Shown: positions 36,960-49,520 of the stretch, one piece after another
How positions within the stretch are numbered: position 1 is the first letter of the stretch
Layout: each line of letters begins with the position of its first letter
Assembly (NCBI GenBank): GCA_004431415.1
Contig: QPMI01000494.1
Coordinates: 496,001 to 560,000, forward strand
DNA from: Cyanophora paradoxa CCMP329
Lineage: Eukaryota > Plantae > Glaucophyta
DNA length: 64,000 nucleotides
Direction: 5' to 3'
Made by a program: the position numbers and the translations under genes
Notes under the pieces: generated by a model
What the model was told of the DNA's origin: nothing
Database searches by the model: none
Seen by the model: only the letters and a program-made list of their open reading frames with translations

Positions 36960-39627
36960 ATGGTCGGAAGTGAGCAACTTCTCGCCAAGCCAGCCGCCGC
37001 CGCTTAGCGCTTTCGGCAGGCATATACATCGTGAGGCACGGGGAGCGAGTGGACTACGTCAACGCGGTGAGCTCTCGCTCCTCGCACCTCGCGGCCGGCC
37101 GTTAGCTCACGGGGCGTTTCGTGACGCCGCAGGTCTGGAACGACGGTGAGCTTTGTAGTTGCAGGCCGAAACGTTCTATTCGCCGCCCGCCGCGCGCCAG
37201 ACGCCCCTTGCGCTGCCGAATCTCGCAATCTAACGCCACGCCCCGCCGCCGCCGCAGACGCCGATTTCCCTTACGGTAAGAGCGATCTATGGCTTTGGTG
37301 AGCTTTTGAGTCCGTGCTCACGCCGCGCCGCCGCGCCGCAGACCCGCCGCTCTCCGAGTGAGCCCTCCGCGCGAGCCGCGCACCGCGCGCCGCTCGCTGA
37401 TTCCGCCCCAGCGATGGAGTTCGGCACGCTGAGGAGCTCGGCCGAAGGCTGGCCAGGCGAGGTGCGCGCCCCGAGCGCCCCGCCCGCCCGCCCGCCCCGC
37501 GCCGCGCCGCTGCCGCCTCAGGCGCGCGCCCCGCGCAGTCTACAAGGCGGGACCCAACGGCCAGATAGATTTGATCCTTGTCAGCCCGTTCTGGCGGACG
37601 TGCGTGCCCGCCCGCCCCGAGCGCCCGGCCGCGAGAGCGCGCCGAGCAAACGTTGACGGGCCGCCCGCAGGCTGCAGACCGCGAGCGGCCTGAACATGTG
37701 GGTACACGCGCCCATGGAAGCCTTCTCCGGCGTCTGCGAGGTCCGTACCCCCATTCAGATCCTCCCTCATCCCAACTTCGTTCGCCGCGCCGCGCCGCGC
37801 CCGAGCCCCGGTTCGAATCTGCAGCACGTCTCCAAGAGCTACTTCCACGAGCAGCCGGAGCTCGAGTACAATTCTCTACCCGCCTCGGTCGTCGAGGAGA
37901 ACTTCTTCAAGGTACCGTACCCCCCCCCGTCCCTCCCGCCCGCTGCTCCCCCCCCACCCCCCCATTTACCAACCCCCGTACCCCTTCCCGGCAGGTCCGG
38001 TACAAGGGGCGCGTCGAGACGTCCAAGTACCCCGAGTCTCACGACCAGATGGTCAAGCGCGCCCGCGAGTCCGCCAAGTGCGCCGTACCCCCCCTCCGCC
38101 TCTCCCCCCGCTTTTCTCTTCCCCCTGCCGACGCCCCCCCCCCTCCCCCCCCCCCAGGTACATCACGCAGGAGTACTGCATCAAGAAGAACATGAACGTG
38201 CTCGTCGTGACCCGTGCGCCACGCGTATCGCCCTGCTGCGAGCATTCCTGTAACCCCCCGCCTCTTCTCCCCCCGGCAGACGCGGCGGTTATGCAGGAGA
38301 TGGTCCGAGCGCTCGTCGGCGAGCGCGACTACGACGCCAAGGTGCCGGGCTCGAATCCCGCCGCGTCGCCTTCTCTTTCTTCTCGTCCCCGCGCTCACCC
38401 GCCGCCGCCGCCGCCGGCAGATCGTGAGCGAGGGCGCGGTCGGGTACTGTGCGTCCGCCAAGCTCGTGATGGAGGCTCGCACCGGTTGGACCATCGACTG
38501 TGCGCCCCTTCCTCCGGCGTTCTCGCCGGCCTTCCCGCGGCGCTCTCTTAGACTCCGATGATCAATAGTATCCTGTAGCTTTAAGTCTTGCTGGAGTCTT
38601 TTGGAAGTTTAAGAGCTTAGACGCTCCGGTCTTAGGGCGTTTTCCCGCCCCTGCCCCCTGCTTTGCCTTGGATGTCGATCTCTAGATTCCGATCTCGTTC
38701 TCACCCCGCCCCCCGCAGACTACCACCGGGGGGAGAAGCGGCGCGTCCTCGCGCACGTGTACTCCTACATGCAGGACCGCGTCATGGAGGTGCGCGTACC
38801 CCCCCGGGCTTCTTCCCCCCGGAGCACAGCTGACTCGCGAACCTCCCCTCCCCCCTCCCGCGCCGGCAGATCTTCAAGGGCAACCTGGTTCAGAAGCACA
38901 AGAGCGAGGGCGAGAAGGGCCGCGAGGCGCGCACAGAGCGGCTGAGGGACCGGCTGGAGCCGACCCGACAGGGCTTCCACGTCGGCGGCGTTCCCGTACC
39001 CCCGCCCGAGATGCTCCGGGAGGGGGGGCCCCGAGGGGACGACGAGTACTTCAACCGGCAGTCCCCCCGCCCGCTCCGGCAGCGAGTGCGTACCCCCCGC
39101 CCGCTCCCTAGATGTACATGCGCGTACCCCCGCCGAGCCGCCCCCCCTGCCAACCGCAGGACGTCTACATCGACGACGGGGGCGATCCCATGCCAACTCG
39201 GAGCCCGCGGCTCGGGTCCCGGGGACCGAGCCCCGCCGCCATGCCGTACCCCGGCCCGGACCAGCCCCACCAGCCGCCGGCGTACCCCCCGAGGGGCCCC
39301 GGCCTCCGGCCGTCGCCGTACCCCGCAGCGATGGACGACGAGTACGGCCCCCCGGCAAACTTCAACCCGGAGCGGCGCCAGACGCCGATTCGCCACAAGC
39401 CCATCTACGCCTACGACCTGGACGAGGGAGAGGGAGACACGAACGGGTACAGCAACGGCAACGGCTACGGGCGCCCGCCCCCACCGCAGGACGGGTACGG
39501 CGGCTACGGAGGCCGCGGGCAGGACGGGTACGGCGGCGGCCCGCCGAACGGGTTCGCGGATGGGGACGGTTACGACCCTCCGATGGTCTCCCGGCGCTCG
39601 TTCTCGCAGCCCCAGCCGAGATATTGA
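36960..39627 (+). CDS. Host histidine phosphatase / phosphoglycerate-mutase-family gene, multi-exon, Pro-rich C-terminus (boundaries approximate)
   Basis: Exon ~37022-37066 encodes IYIVRHGERVDY (RHG motif). Later exons give GVRHAEELGRRL, LILVSPFWRT and NVLVVT(H)AAV...GYCA, separated by GT..CAG introns. Confidence 0.75.
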
Positions 39628-40799
39628 GGGGTACAATAATACGTCTCGGCTTGTTTTATACATCGGCGGCTCCACCTTTGCTTGAGCTGCTTTTCTTCTC
39701 TAAATTGGGCAGCTACAGCTGTCCTCTTTCTTCTTGTGCAATCTTTGCGTTTTGTGTGCTGCTTTAGGCCGCCGCGGTAGTGCCCAGCTGTGGATAGCTT
39801 CTCGGATTTCTTTGACGTGGGGTCGAGGGCGCTCTTAGCTTTCATGTATATGAGTTTCAATGTATACACAACGTTTTGCTGCAGCTGGCAAAGACTTCAA
39901 ATTGGTAGGACGACGTCATGTACCCGATCGGGGGGGGGGGGGGGGGGGGGGGGGCGGGATCGGGGGGCGGAGGAGGGTGGGAGGCTGGCCCCATCTATAA
40001 TTGCAACGCTCCTAATTATAAGTAGCTGAGGTGTGCATGCACGTGCACGTGCCAGCCGGGCCGCCGGGCCGGGCCAGACGACGCACATTAAATATTTGCT
40101 TTGAGCGCTTTTAATAAGACATGTACACGCGTTATAATTAATTAGACGAATGGGCTGAGGTGATATGCGCACGTGCACGTACACGCGCACGAGGAAGGTC
40201 TCAAGGGCCAGGCCTAGAGCCAGCCGCAGCTAGCACTGCAGGCCTAGCTTTAGCCACTGATCATGAGCTGCAGCTACAGGGACTTCAAAACTGTCAGTGT
40301 TCTGGAAGCCGCTTGAACTTGAAGCGTACACAACCGAGTAACTCGCAATAAATAATTAATTAAAAGATCATAGTAAAAATAAGAAACTCAGCCTGATCAT
40401 GAGTCATAATCGTTTACGTAAGCTTCAACCTATTCTAATCTGTAGATCTAGAATCGAAGTGTGCCTGTACATGATTCTACACATATGTGTATATATAGTC
40501 CTGGCTAAAGAGCTCTTCTTAAGCCCAAATATCCACACATATATAACAACATGCAAGCTGTTTAATGTAGGAAGGCGAACACACTGGAATTCATTTATCA
40601 ACTGCAAAGGCGCCGGCATGCATATATATGACCATGAAATATGAATTTCGAGAAACTGACACCGAGATATCGAGATTATGATATGCGAATTGCTGCAATG
40701 ACGTTATAATAATTAACTGGACGTTGACCTAGCTCTAGCTTTAAAAAAGCTTTAAGCTAGAGAAGCAAAGAAACCTGTTCTGCTTCTGTGTCATGTTAG

Positions 40800-42290
40800 C
40801 TATAGACGCTGGCATGCATTTGGCGGACGTCGCCAACGTCGTCTACATGCTGTGGATGCGAATGACGGGGAGGGGCTCGCAATCGCGATCGCGACCTCCG
40901 CAGCCGCAGCCGGCGCCGGCGCCGGCGATCGGCGCGCTTCAGGCCGTCTTGCCTTTGACGAGATCGGCCCCGGGCTCTGGCGCCTCATGATCAGGCTTTG
41001 GCGGTCGTGCGAGGTCCGCCGGCGCCTCTGCGCTGGCCCTCCGCGGAGCGGTCGAGGAGACGAGGCGTTCGTGACGGGATCCGGAGCCGGTGGCCATGGG
41101 CGCGTAGAGCTTGAGGTTTGCGGGGAGGGAGCGCGGCGGGCGCGGGTCGGCGGCGGGCCGACGGAGGAGGCCCCTAAGGCGGTTCTCGAGGGCGGCGCGC
41201 TGAAGTCCGCAGACGCCGTAGTGGAAGGGCGAGACGGATCCGGATCCGGAGGGCGGGGCGGCCGCGTGGGTTTCGTGATCGCCGGCGCAGTCATGGTCAG
41301 ACTCGCCATCGGAGGAGACGGGTCGCGATCGCGACCTCGACCTCGGGTGCTTGGGGTAGCCCACGCGTACGGCCGCCGGGAGCTGCCAGGCCGCTACGAG
41401 CTTCGCGGCCGCGCGCGGCGTGCAAGCGCTGACGGGGACCTCTGCCGGCGGCGAGTTACGAGAGCCGCGGCGCTGTGGAGAACGCGAGAACCGAACCGAA
41501 GACGGGGCGAAGGCGGATGGGCGCGCCGGCGTCATTCGCCTGTATATGTGCCAGGCCTAGGCCTAGGGCAGCGCCCCCGAGGGCGGCCGCGGGCCACGGC
41601 GGGGTCGCCGTCGTGATCGTCTGATCGCGACCGGCAAGGGTGGTGAGGTTAGTGAAGGAAAAGCAAAGGGAATGGACGGGAAGTCGTGGCGAATTCCAAC
41701 CGTACCTGGACGAGGCAGAAGAGGAAGAGGGCGGGGAGGTCGTCGGGGAGGCCGGCGCCGGCCGCGATGCAGCGGAGCGACAGGGCGAGGGGCGGGGAGC
41801 GGGCGGCGGAGGCTGCCCAGCCCCTGCCCAGCGCCACCATCGACGCCTCGCAGACAGCGCGGGTCATGGCGCCCGACCCGCGCGAGTCGAGGAGCCAGTT
41901 GGCTTTGGCCAGCGCGCCGGCGTCGTGGAGCGACCAGACGTCCGCGTCGCTGACGGCGCGGTGGAGCAGGTGGTGGAATACCTGCGATCCCGAGAAACCA
42001 AGTCGGTTCCATGCTGTGAGATTGCAGGTTTACATCAAAGAAATCGAACGACAAGCGGACCTCGTATTGGGGGAAACCGATGGTGCCGGCCGCGGGCGTA
42101 TTGAAGCTCGCGTTGGGGCCGCCGGCGCGGTCCGCGAGGGCAGCCCCCACGATGCGCTTGACGCCCCGGGACCCCATAGCCAGGCCCGACGGGCCCGCAC
42201 CCGAGCCCGGCCTGCTCGCCGCGACCGCCCTCCAAATCTGGCGTCGGTTACAAAATAAGTGTTGACATGACCGGACCATGGTGTTTCACA
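40800..42290 (-). CDS. Host hypothetical multi-exon gene
   Basis: GC-rich exon-like stretches (MGSRGVKRIVGAALADRAGG...; ...LPALFLFCLVQ) separated by GT..AG introns; no family recognised. Confidence 0.3.
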
Positions 42291-43825
42291 ACATGGCATC
42301 AGATTCGGATATCTAGAGATAACGGGGGGATTCTTTAATTGTATATATCAACGAAAATGGAAACGAACCATGTCGACGAGGCTGCTGTAGAGGGCGGGTA
42401 GGTCGACGTCCTTGGGGCTGTCCTGGGTCGCGGCGACGGGCCCGGCCGCGGGCCGCGGATCGCAAGAAGGGGACGGGGAGCGGCCGTGCGTGCTGCAGCC
42501 TGGCGACGCGTACGGCTCGCACTCCTCGCTGCTCGGGCTCGTAGCCTCCAGGCGGGGCGGGCTGGAACTCGCCTCCATATCACACTCGCGATCGTCGTCC
42601 GAGAGGCGGCGCGCGGGGCGCCGCGGGGCGCCGCCCGCGCTCAGGGCGCGGCGCAGCGTCTCTGCGTTCACGGCCAACTCGCGACGGGGACTTGGAACGG
42701 CGACGCTGATGGCGGCCGCCGCACGCTGCGCATGCGCATGCGGGTCGACGTCCGCGCTGGCCATGGTACCGGTGTCCGACAAAGGAGATGGGCTCAAGCT
42801 TTTCATCCGTATGGGCAGCAGCTGCGCGCGCAGGCCTAGGGACGGTGCTTCTGCCGCGGCCAGCGCGCCGTTCTCGCGAACGATCTCGTGGATGGCGCTG
42901 GGATCCATCGCAGCAGCTGGGGGCGGGAAATTCACGCAATGTGGCAGGTTTGCGCATGCGCATGTGATCTCGGCCTGACGTACGATAGTACCGGTAGCGC
43001 GCGCTGCATGCTTGGAGCCTGCTTCAAGTTATACAATAATATATGGATCTCTACATCAGCTGCAAACTCATGCAATTCGGATTCATGATTGCAACCTGCA
43101 ACTTACTGCTAGGCAGTGCTATTACAACTAGTAACAATTAAATATTAACGCGGCCGCGCGCGGGGAACAGCTAGCTATACTGTAGAACTAGTTAATTTCA
43201 AAATAATTCGTACTTCGCCATAACTGCCACTTTAGCAGCTGGTAAACTTGAACTTGAACCGTTTGAACCGTTGAACTTAATTACAATTTTAACAAGGTGC
43301 AACCGTGGCAACTTGCAAGATAAACTGTCCGGATACTAAGTACTACTAGCCTACTACTAGGCGCCTGGCACAGCCTGGCAGTCAATCATTGATGGAATGC
43401 GAAATGGGATCACGGGATTCACGTGCACGCCAATTTCTAGGGTCCGGCCGAGGCGCTGGAAACTTTTTGAAACCGCGGCGCGTGGGGAGGGGGGACCCCC
43501 TCCCTGCCTGGCCGGACCTATCCGAGCAAATTGTTTTTTTGTGCACGCCAATTTCACGGCGCGGATAATTAAGCATGCTTTTTCTCCCGGCCCAATCCGA
43601 GGCCAATCGTTTCGAGTTCCAAGTTCGCACGTGCATGCGCAGTGCGCATTGCGCACTCCGCGTTGAAAAAATAGTGTACGACTAATCATGATTCAGGATC
43701 ATAGGCTTCATCATAGCATCAATGAATAATCATCCGGGCTTAATAGCAACTGCCAACTGCATGTGCGCTCCGCGTTGAAAAACTGGGATGATTGCACCGG
43801 TACCGGCGGCCGGCCTACTAGGGCC

Positions 43826-44362
43826 TAGGGCTGAGTTCAGTGGAGCCCCCGGGTCCACTCAGTCAGTGGACGTTTTGCGCCAAACTCACTCAGTGACTAC
43901 CAGTGAGTGGGGGGTACGTGTGTTTTTACACGAAAACGACCAAAAACGACCTAAATCTCGCTGAGCTTCAAGGCACTACGTGCCTGAACTGTTTCCACGG
44001 GCTTTGGATATATATATGTTTAGAGGTCATTTGCAACGCAGGCATTGTCAGAATCGCAGTGCTTCTCGACGCTGCACGTGCACACCCTTCGCGCCGCGGC
44101 CTGCGGCACTCCGACGTTAAGTACCCCCACGACGTTCCACCTAAATTGCTAGGTGCACGTGGCGGATGGGTCCTAATTTTTGGCGCCGGATGCCCCCCCA
44201 CGCAGCGCTCGCTGAGGTCGATCCGGCTCACTGGTCCCATCATCGACTCCCATGCAATTTTCTTTGTGCGAGTGAGCCAAAATCTCCAGTGACTCAGTGA
44301 GTCAGTGCAGTGGTGCCAGTGGGACCCTCGGCGCTCCACTGGTTTCACTGGACCCAGCCCTA
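43826..44362. mobile_element. Non-autonomous hAT-family MITE (537 bp)
   Basis: TIRs TAGGGCTGAGTTCAGTG / CACTGGACCCAGCCCTA, exact 8-bp TSD CTAGGGCC (43818-43825 and 44363-44370), subterminal CAGTG/CACTG repeats, no coding capacity. Confidence 0.88.
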
Positions 44363-45407
44363 CTAGGGCCTAGTACCGTACTACGGTAGTAGTACGGCCG
44401 GGGTCGGCTATAATATATATATATAGCCTATATATACTATGGTAGCACTGCGGCAGCCTAGGCCTAGACTATGATACTACGGCCCTATACCGGGGTACTG
44501 GGCCTACCGGTATACTGAGGCAGTGAGGCTATAGGCTATAGCTCCCGCGATAGGCTGTAGCGCTCATTTCATGACTCACGCCGCTGAGGCTCATGATCAT
44601 TCATGACTCACGCCGTTTCACGGCTCTTGGATTTCGAATGGACGAACAGTTGCCCATTCAAGATGAAAGGCTCCGCATCCGATAAACGGACTCTATTCAA
44701 GATTCAATGATTGCTGTTGAGGCTATTCCGGAGTTCGAATAAATAATCGAGCCTGGGAGTTGGCGTCGACTCGGCAGGCGCCGAGTCGCCGAGCTCGAGT
44801 CGTCGCCGACTCGTCGGGGACGGTCGGGCCGCACGGGCCGCGGCACGGCGCGCAGTGGCCGCCGCGCACCGTCCGACCCGGACCGTCGGACCGGCCGTCG
44901 CGATCGGACGGTCCCGCACCGGCCGGGCCGTGACTCGGCACGACGACGATGACGCGGATCGCGATCGGACGGGGCGACGAAGAGTGTACGCATACATACG
45001 CATATGTAGTCGTCGCATACCCCCCCAGTACTCGCGCCCCGACTCCCCCGAGGCCCGGCGAATACTGGGGAATTGTTGGGGATTCCCGCGATCATCGCTG
45101 CAGCGGGGAATTGTTGGGGATTCCCGCGACCAATTAGCTAGCCTAGTAGCTATAGCTAGCTAGAACGCGGGCGCGCTTGTATACTATACTAGAAACCGTC
45201 TCGCGCGCGCTAGGCGAGGAGGGCGGGCGGGGCCAGGTCGGGGCTGTCGTGCCGGCCCCCCCGCAGCGACTCCAACAGGCGCTTCGCCGCCCCGTCCCCC
45301 GCCGGTCTCTGCCATACGTATACCCCAAAAGAATCAATTCGTACGCCGCTGAAGCCCCAAACCATCTAACTTCGCCACAGCCCATATAATATATACGTGC
45401 ATCCTGC

Positions 45408-45654
45408 TATGCTTGGTCTCTGATATAAAAGTTGCAGTGGGTATGCTTGGTCTCTGATATAAAAAGTGCAGTTACTATGCTTGGTCTCTGATTTAAAAGT
45501 TGCAGTTACTATGCTTGGTTTCTTAAATAAAAGTTGCAGTGGGTATGCTTGGTCTCTAGATCTGATATAAAAGTTGCAGTTGCTTTGCTTGGTCTCTTAT
45601 ATAAAAGTTGCAGTGGGTATTATGCTTGGTCTCATATATAAAAGTTGCAGTTGC
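45408..45654 (+). repeat. Tandem repeat, 7 x ~34 bp (TATGCTTGGTCTCTGATATAAAAGTTGCAGT...)
   Basis: Head-to-tail degenerate copies with no unique spacers. Confidence 0.9.
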
Positions 45655-48219
45655 ACCTGGGCGGCTACGCGCACGATGAGGCGCCGCTCCTCGCGGTCCG
45701 CGGTGCGCCAGCGCGCCGCGAGCTCCGAGGAGGGCGCGCCCAGCAGCGCGAGCGCCGGCCCAGCGCCGCGGCCGCGCCCCGCACCGCTGCGCGCGCGCGC
45801 GCGCGCCGCAGATTCCAATATTTGAATTCAAAAAAGTTGAGGCGGGGGGGGGCGAACCCTCGCGGGTAGGCCCTCCTCGAAGAAGTCCTCCAGGACCTTC
45901 CGGAGGGGGAGGGGGGGGGCGCATGCGATTCAGATCGGAATCAACGGAAGTCCTCTAATCGATACACGCGATTTGGAAGCCCCTCAAATGGGGCGGGAGG
46001 GGGGAGGGGGGAGGGGGGCACGGGGGTATCGGCCTGAAGGTAAGGTCGCCGCGGAGGCGGGCCTCTCGAATCGAATCGGAGCAGATTCGAAGCAGGGAGG
46101 GGGGGGGTGGGGGGGGGAGGGGGGGGAGGAAGGGGAGCAGGCCGCTCGCTCGCCTGGAGGCCGCCAGTAATTAAGCTTAGGAAGCTTAAGCCTCTTTTAT
46201 CGCACGGGATTAGAAAGGAAGGGGGTGGGGGCGGGGGAAAAGGGGGGTAGCCCGCTCGCTCGCTCGCCCGGAGGTCGCCGCCGAGGCGGGGCCCGTCCTC
46301 GGCGGCGAAGGTGCGGGCAGGGCCTCCGCAGAGCACCGTCGCCAGCCAGCGCCTGCGGGGCAGAACTTCAGAAACCACTGTAAAGCTTAGCTATAAGGGA
46401 ACGCAAGAATGAAAGAAACCAAGATACACAGGGGCGCAAAAACGAGCTAGCCATAGATACAGAGGCCCGCCATTTCGAAAACGAAACGGGGCCGGGCGCA
46501 CCGGAGGGCGGCGCGCATGACGGCCCCCGCGAGGCGCTCCCGCACCGCGGGGTCCCCGACCGCCCCGCACAGCGCCGCCAGCGGGCCGTGCAGCGCCGCC
46601 GCCAGCCCGGCCGCCCCGCCCTGCGAGATGGCGCAGGGCAACCGTGAGCCGCGCCAACTTTATATAGCTGTTGTCGCCCAGCTTGAGGTGGCATGGCTTA
46701 AGCAGCCTGAAGCCTAACATAAATATATATATATATAGCCTTAAGCCTAACATAACACGTCGTCGCCCCCGCAGTATCCGGCTGGGTAGAGGGCTTATAC
46801 GTAAGTGGCCTAAGTAGCCTTAAGCTTTAGTGGGTAGCCTGAGCCCAAGGGGGCTTGCAAGAGCTCACGTCGCTCTCGCAGAATCCGGCGGGGTAGAGGG
46901 CGTCGAATGCGTCGCCCACCTCCACGTTTACCACGAAGGCACCTGCGCGCGGGCCGGGCCGGGTGCGGGCGGCGGAGCGTCAGTCGGCAAAGGCTTCGAG
47001 GGCTTCGAAGGCTTCGAAAGGGATGGAGAAGGGGAAGGAAGGGAGCACCGGTCCAGGCGGCGAGGGCGGCGGCGGCGGAGTGGAGGGCCCGCCGCGCCTC
47101 CGCCGCGCTCGCCGCTGCCGCCGCGCCGCGTCAGAGTCAGACAGACAAACGCGACGCTCTAGATCGAATATTAGGCGCCTAGTCGGACCTACAAGCGCGA
47201 CGCTTTCTAGTCGTACCTATATATGTATCTACCTCCTCTATCTAGTATCTACCTTCCAATTAAATGTTAGGCGCCTTAGGCGACGCTCGAGATCGGATGT
47301 TAGGCGCCTCGCGATCTTAGCGCTCTCGCGCCGGCCGCGGCGCCTGTATAGACCTGTCGATAAAGGGCGGGCGGTCGTTGCACACAGCTATCTTCCTTAA
47401 ACATTCAGGCGGAGGTATCTATCTTACTTTAGGTATCCACTTGAATCAGTTTTATAATTACTTATGCTCTCTCGCGCGCGCACCTAGTCGAATCTAAGGA
47501 TCTATATATCTATCAACCTCGATCTACTTAAATACCCTGAATAGATTCAAGCCTATACATTGGATCCGGACCTTCTCTTTCTATTCGTTCGGATCGAGGT
47601 ATCAGCATTATAATTACTACATGAAACCTCGCACCGGCGGCGGCGTCGGGGGCGCCGGAGAAGATGTCGCGGGCCCCGGCAAACAGGTGCGCGACGGCGT
47701 TGGCGCGGGCCAGCAGCGCGGGCAGGCCCCCCGAGGCCCCCGCCCGCGAGCGCTGCTCGGGGGAGAGGCCCGGCCCCGCCCGCGCCTTCGGCCGCGGCTT
47801 CTGCGGCCGCGGGCGCCAGGCGGAGACGCTTAAAGCGAGGAGGAGGAAGAGGAGGAGGAGGGGTCTCCTTCTTCTTAGGCGGCGCGCGCGCAGGAGGAAA
47901 GGGAGGGGGGAGAGGGGGGGGGGGGGGGGGGGGGCACTCGCCTTCACGTCTGCTCGCGGGGGCCGGCAGGCCGGCGGGCGGGCCCGGCTCTGGTCAGGGA
48001 CCGAGGCGGGCGAGAGCTCGAGAGTGGCGTCGGGGCGGGGCGGGGCGGGACGCACGGAACGGCGACTTGCGCTCGTCGGGGGACTTGATAAGGCGCGGCA
48101 GCGGCGGCTCGATCTGGCAAAGGGCGGGCGGTCGTTACACACAGTTTACGTAAGCTAGTTTGTTTCGCGTTCCATTATCATTATCAGAAATTACTAGTTA
48201 GCTAGATAGTTAGTTAGTC

Positions 48220-49520
48220 GGCTTGCGCACGGGGTCGCCGAGGGGCGCGAGGGCGGCATCGCGCCAAGCAAACGGAGACGAAATCCATCACATATAAATC
48301 GTTCCTTTTATAAGCTAATCATTTACGTTCTATAAGCTAGTTTGTTTACGTTCCATTTTGTTTTATAAGCTATAAGGTTCTATTAGCTAGTTCGTTCACG
48401 TTTCATTATATATAATTAAATATCCAAGCATCTATAGGCTTGCTTGAGGGGCGCACGGGGCCGCCGAGGGGCGCGAGGGCGGCATCGCGCCAAGCAAACG
48501 GAGACAAAATCCATCACATATAAACCGTTCCTTTCATAAGCTAATTATATAGTCATTGGTTCTATAAGCTATCAGCATCTATAGGCTTGCTTGAGGGGCG
48601 CACGGGGTCGCCGAGGGGCGCGAGGGCGGCGCCGAGGTAGAGTGCCAGGGCCCCCGCCGCGAGGCCGGCGAGCCGCGAGGCCGGCGCGAAGCGCGGCGTC
48701 AGCACCTGCCGTCCGGGCCGGGATCAGATCTAGAGGCGCAGCAACGGACGTTGGCCGAAGCCAGATTTTAAGGCCGGCGAGCCGCCCCGCCGGCGCGAAG
48801 CGCGGCGTCAGGACCTGCCGGCCGGCCGGTCCGGGCCGGGCCGCGTCAGAGGCGGCGGTTGCGGCGTCAAGCGTTGGCGGCGCCGCAAATCGTGCGAAGC
48901 GTTGTATTAGGCGGTGGCGGCGCCGCTCTTTATTCCTTCTAGGTGCCCGGCGCGAAGCGCGGCGTCAGCACCTGCCGGCCGGGGCGGGATCAGATCTAGA
49001 GGCGCTGCAACGGACGTTGGCCGAAGCCAGATTTCAAAAAGAAAAAGGCGGGGGGTAGGAGGGTAGAAGCAAGGGATGGGGGAGGGGGCGGGGGGGGCGG
49101 GGCGGGGGGCGGGGGGAGCGGGGAAGAGGATGGAGACTAACTGGCCCGCACCTCGGCGGCGGCGGCGCGGCCCTGGGCTTAAGATCCTAATCATTACTCA
49201 TAGATCCTAGATTTAATAATAACTAACGAGCCTAATTCCAGGAGCCAAGAGCCTAATTATACTCATAACTCATAAGATCTGGCACTTATTAAAGCTTATT
49301 AGGCGGGGCGGGGGCCGGCACGCGCCTCGGCGGCGGCGGCGCGGCGCTGGGCGAGGAGCTGCAGCAGCGCGTCCGCAGCAGGTCCTAAGATCCTAATTAT
49401 AACTCATAGATCCTAGATTTAATTATAACTAACGAGCCTAATAAGATCTGGCACTTATTGAAGCCCGCACCTCGGCGGCGGCGGCGCGGCGCTGGGCGAG
49501 GAGCTGCAGCAGGTCCGTCG
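48220..49520. repeat. Cluster of local direct duplications
   Basis: ~100-bp unit at ~48226 and ~48452 (partial at ~48598); ~85-bp unit at ~48683 and ~48948; further duplicated blocks in 49145-49515. Confidence 0.7.

Noticed and set aside
44541-45135. Possible additional mobile element (direct repeats TCATGACTCACGCCG x2, GGGGAATTGTTGGGGATTCCCGCGA x2)
   Set aside because: No terminal inverted repeats or TSD could be identified, so boundaries are unsupported.
45408-45654. ~34-bp repeats as a CRISPR array
   Set aside because: Copies are head-to-tail and degenerate with no unique spacers; no cas genes; eukaryotic context.
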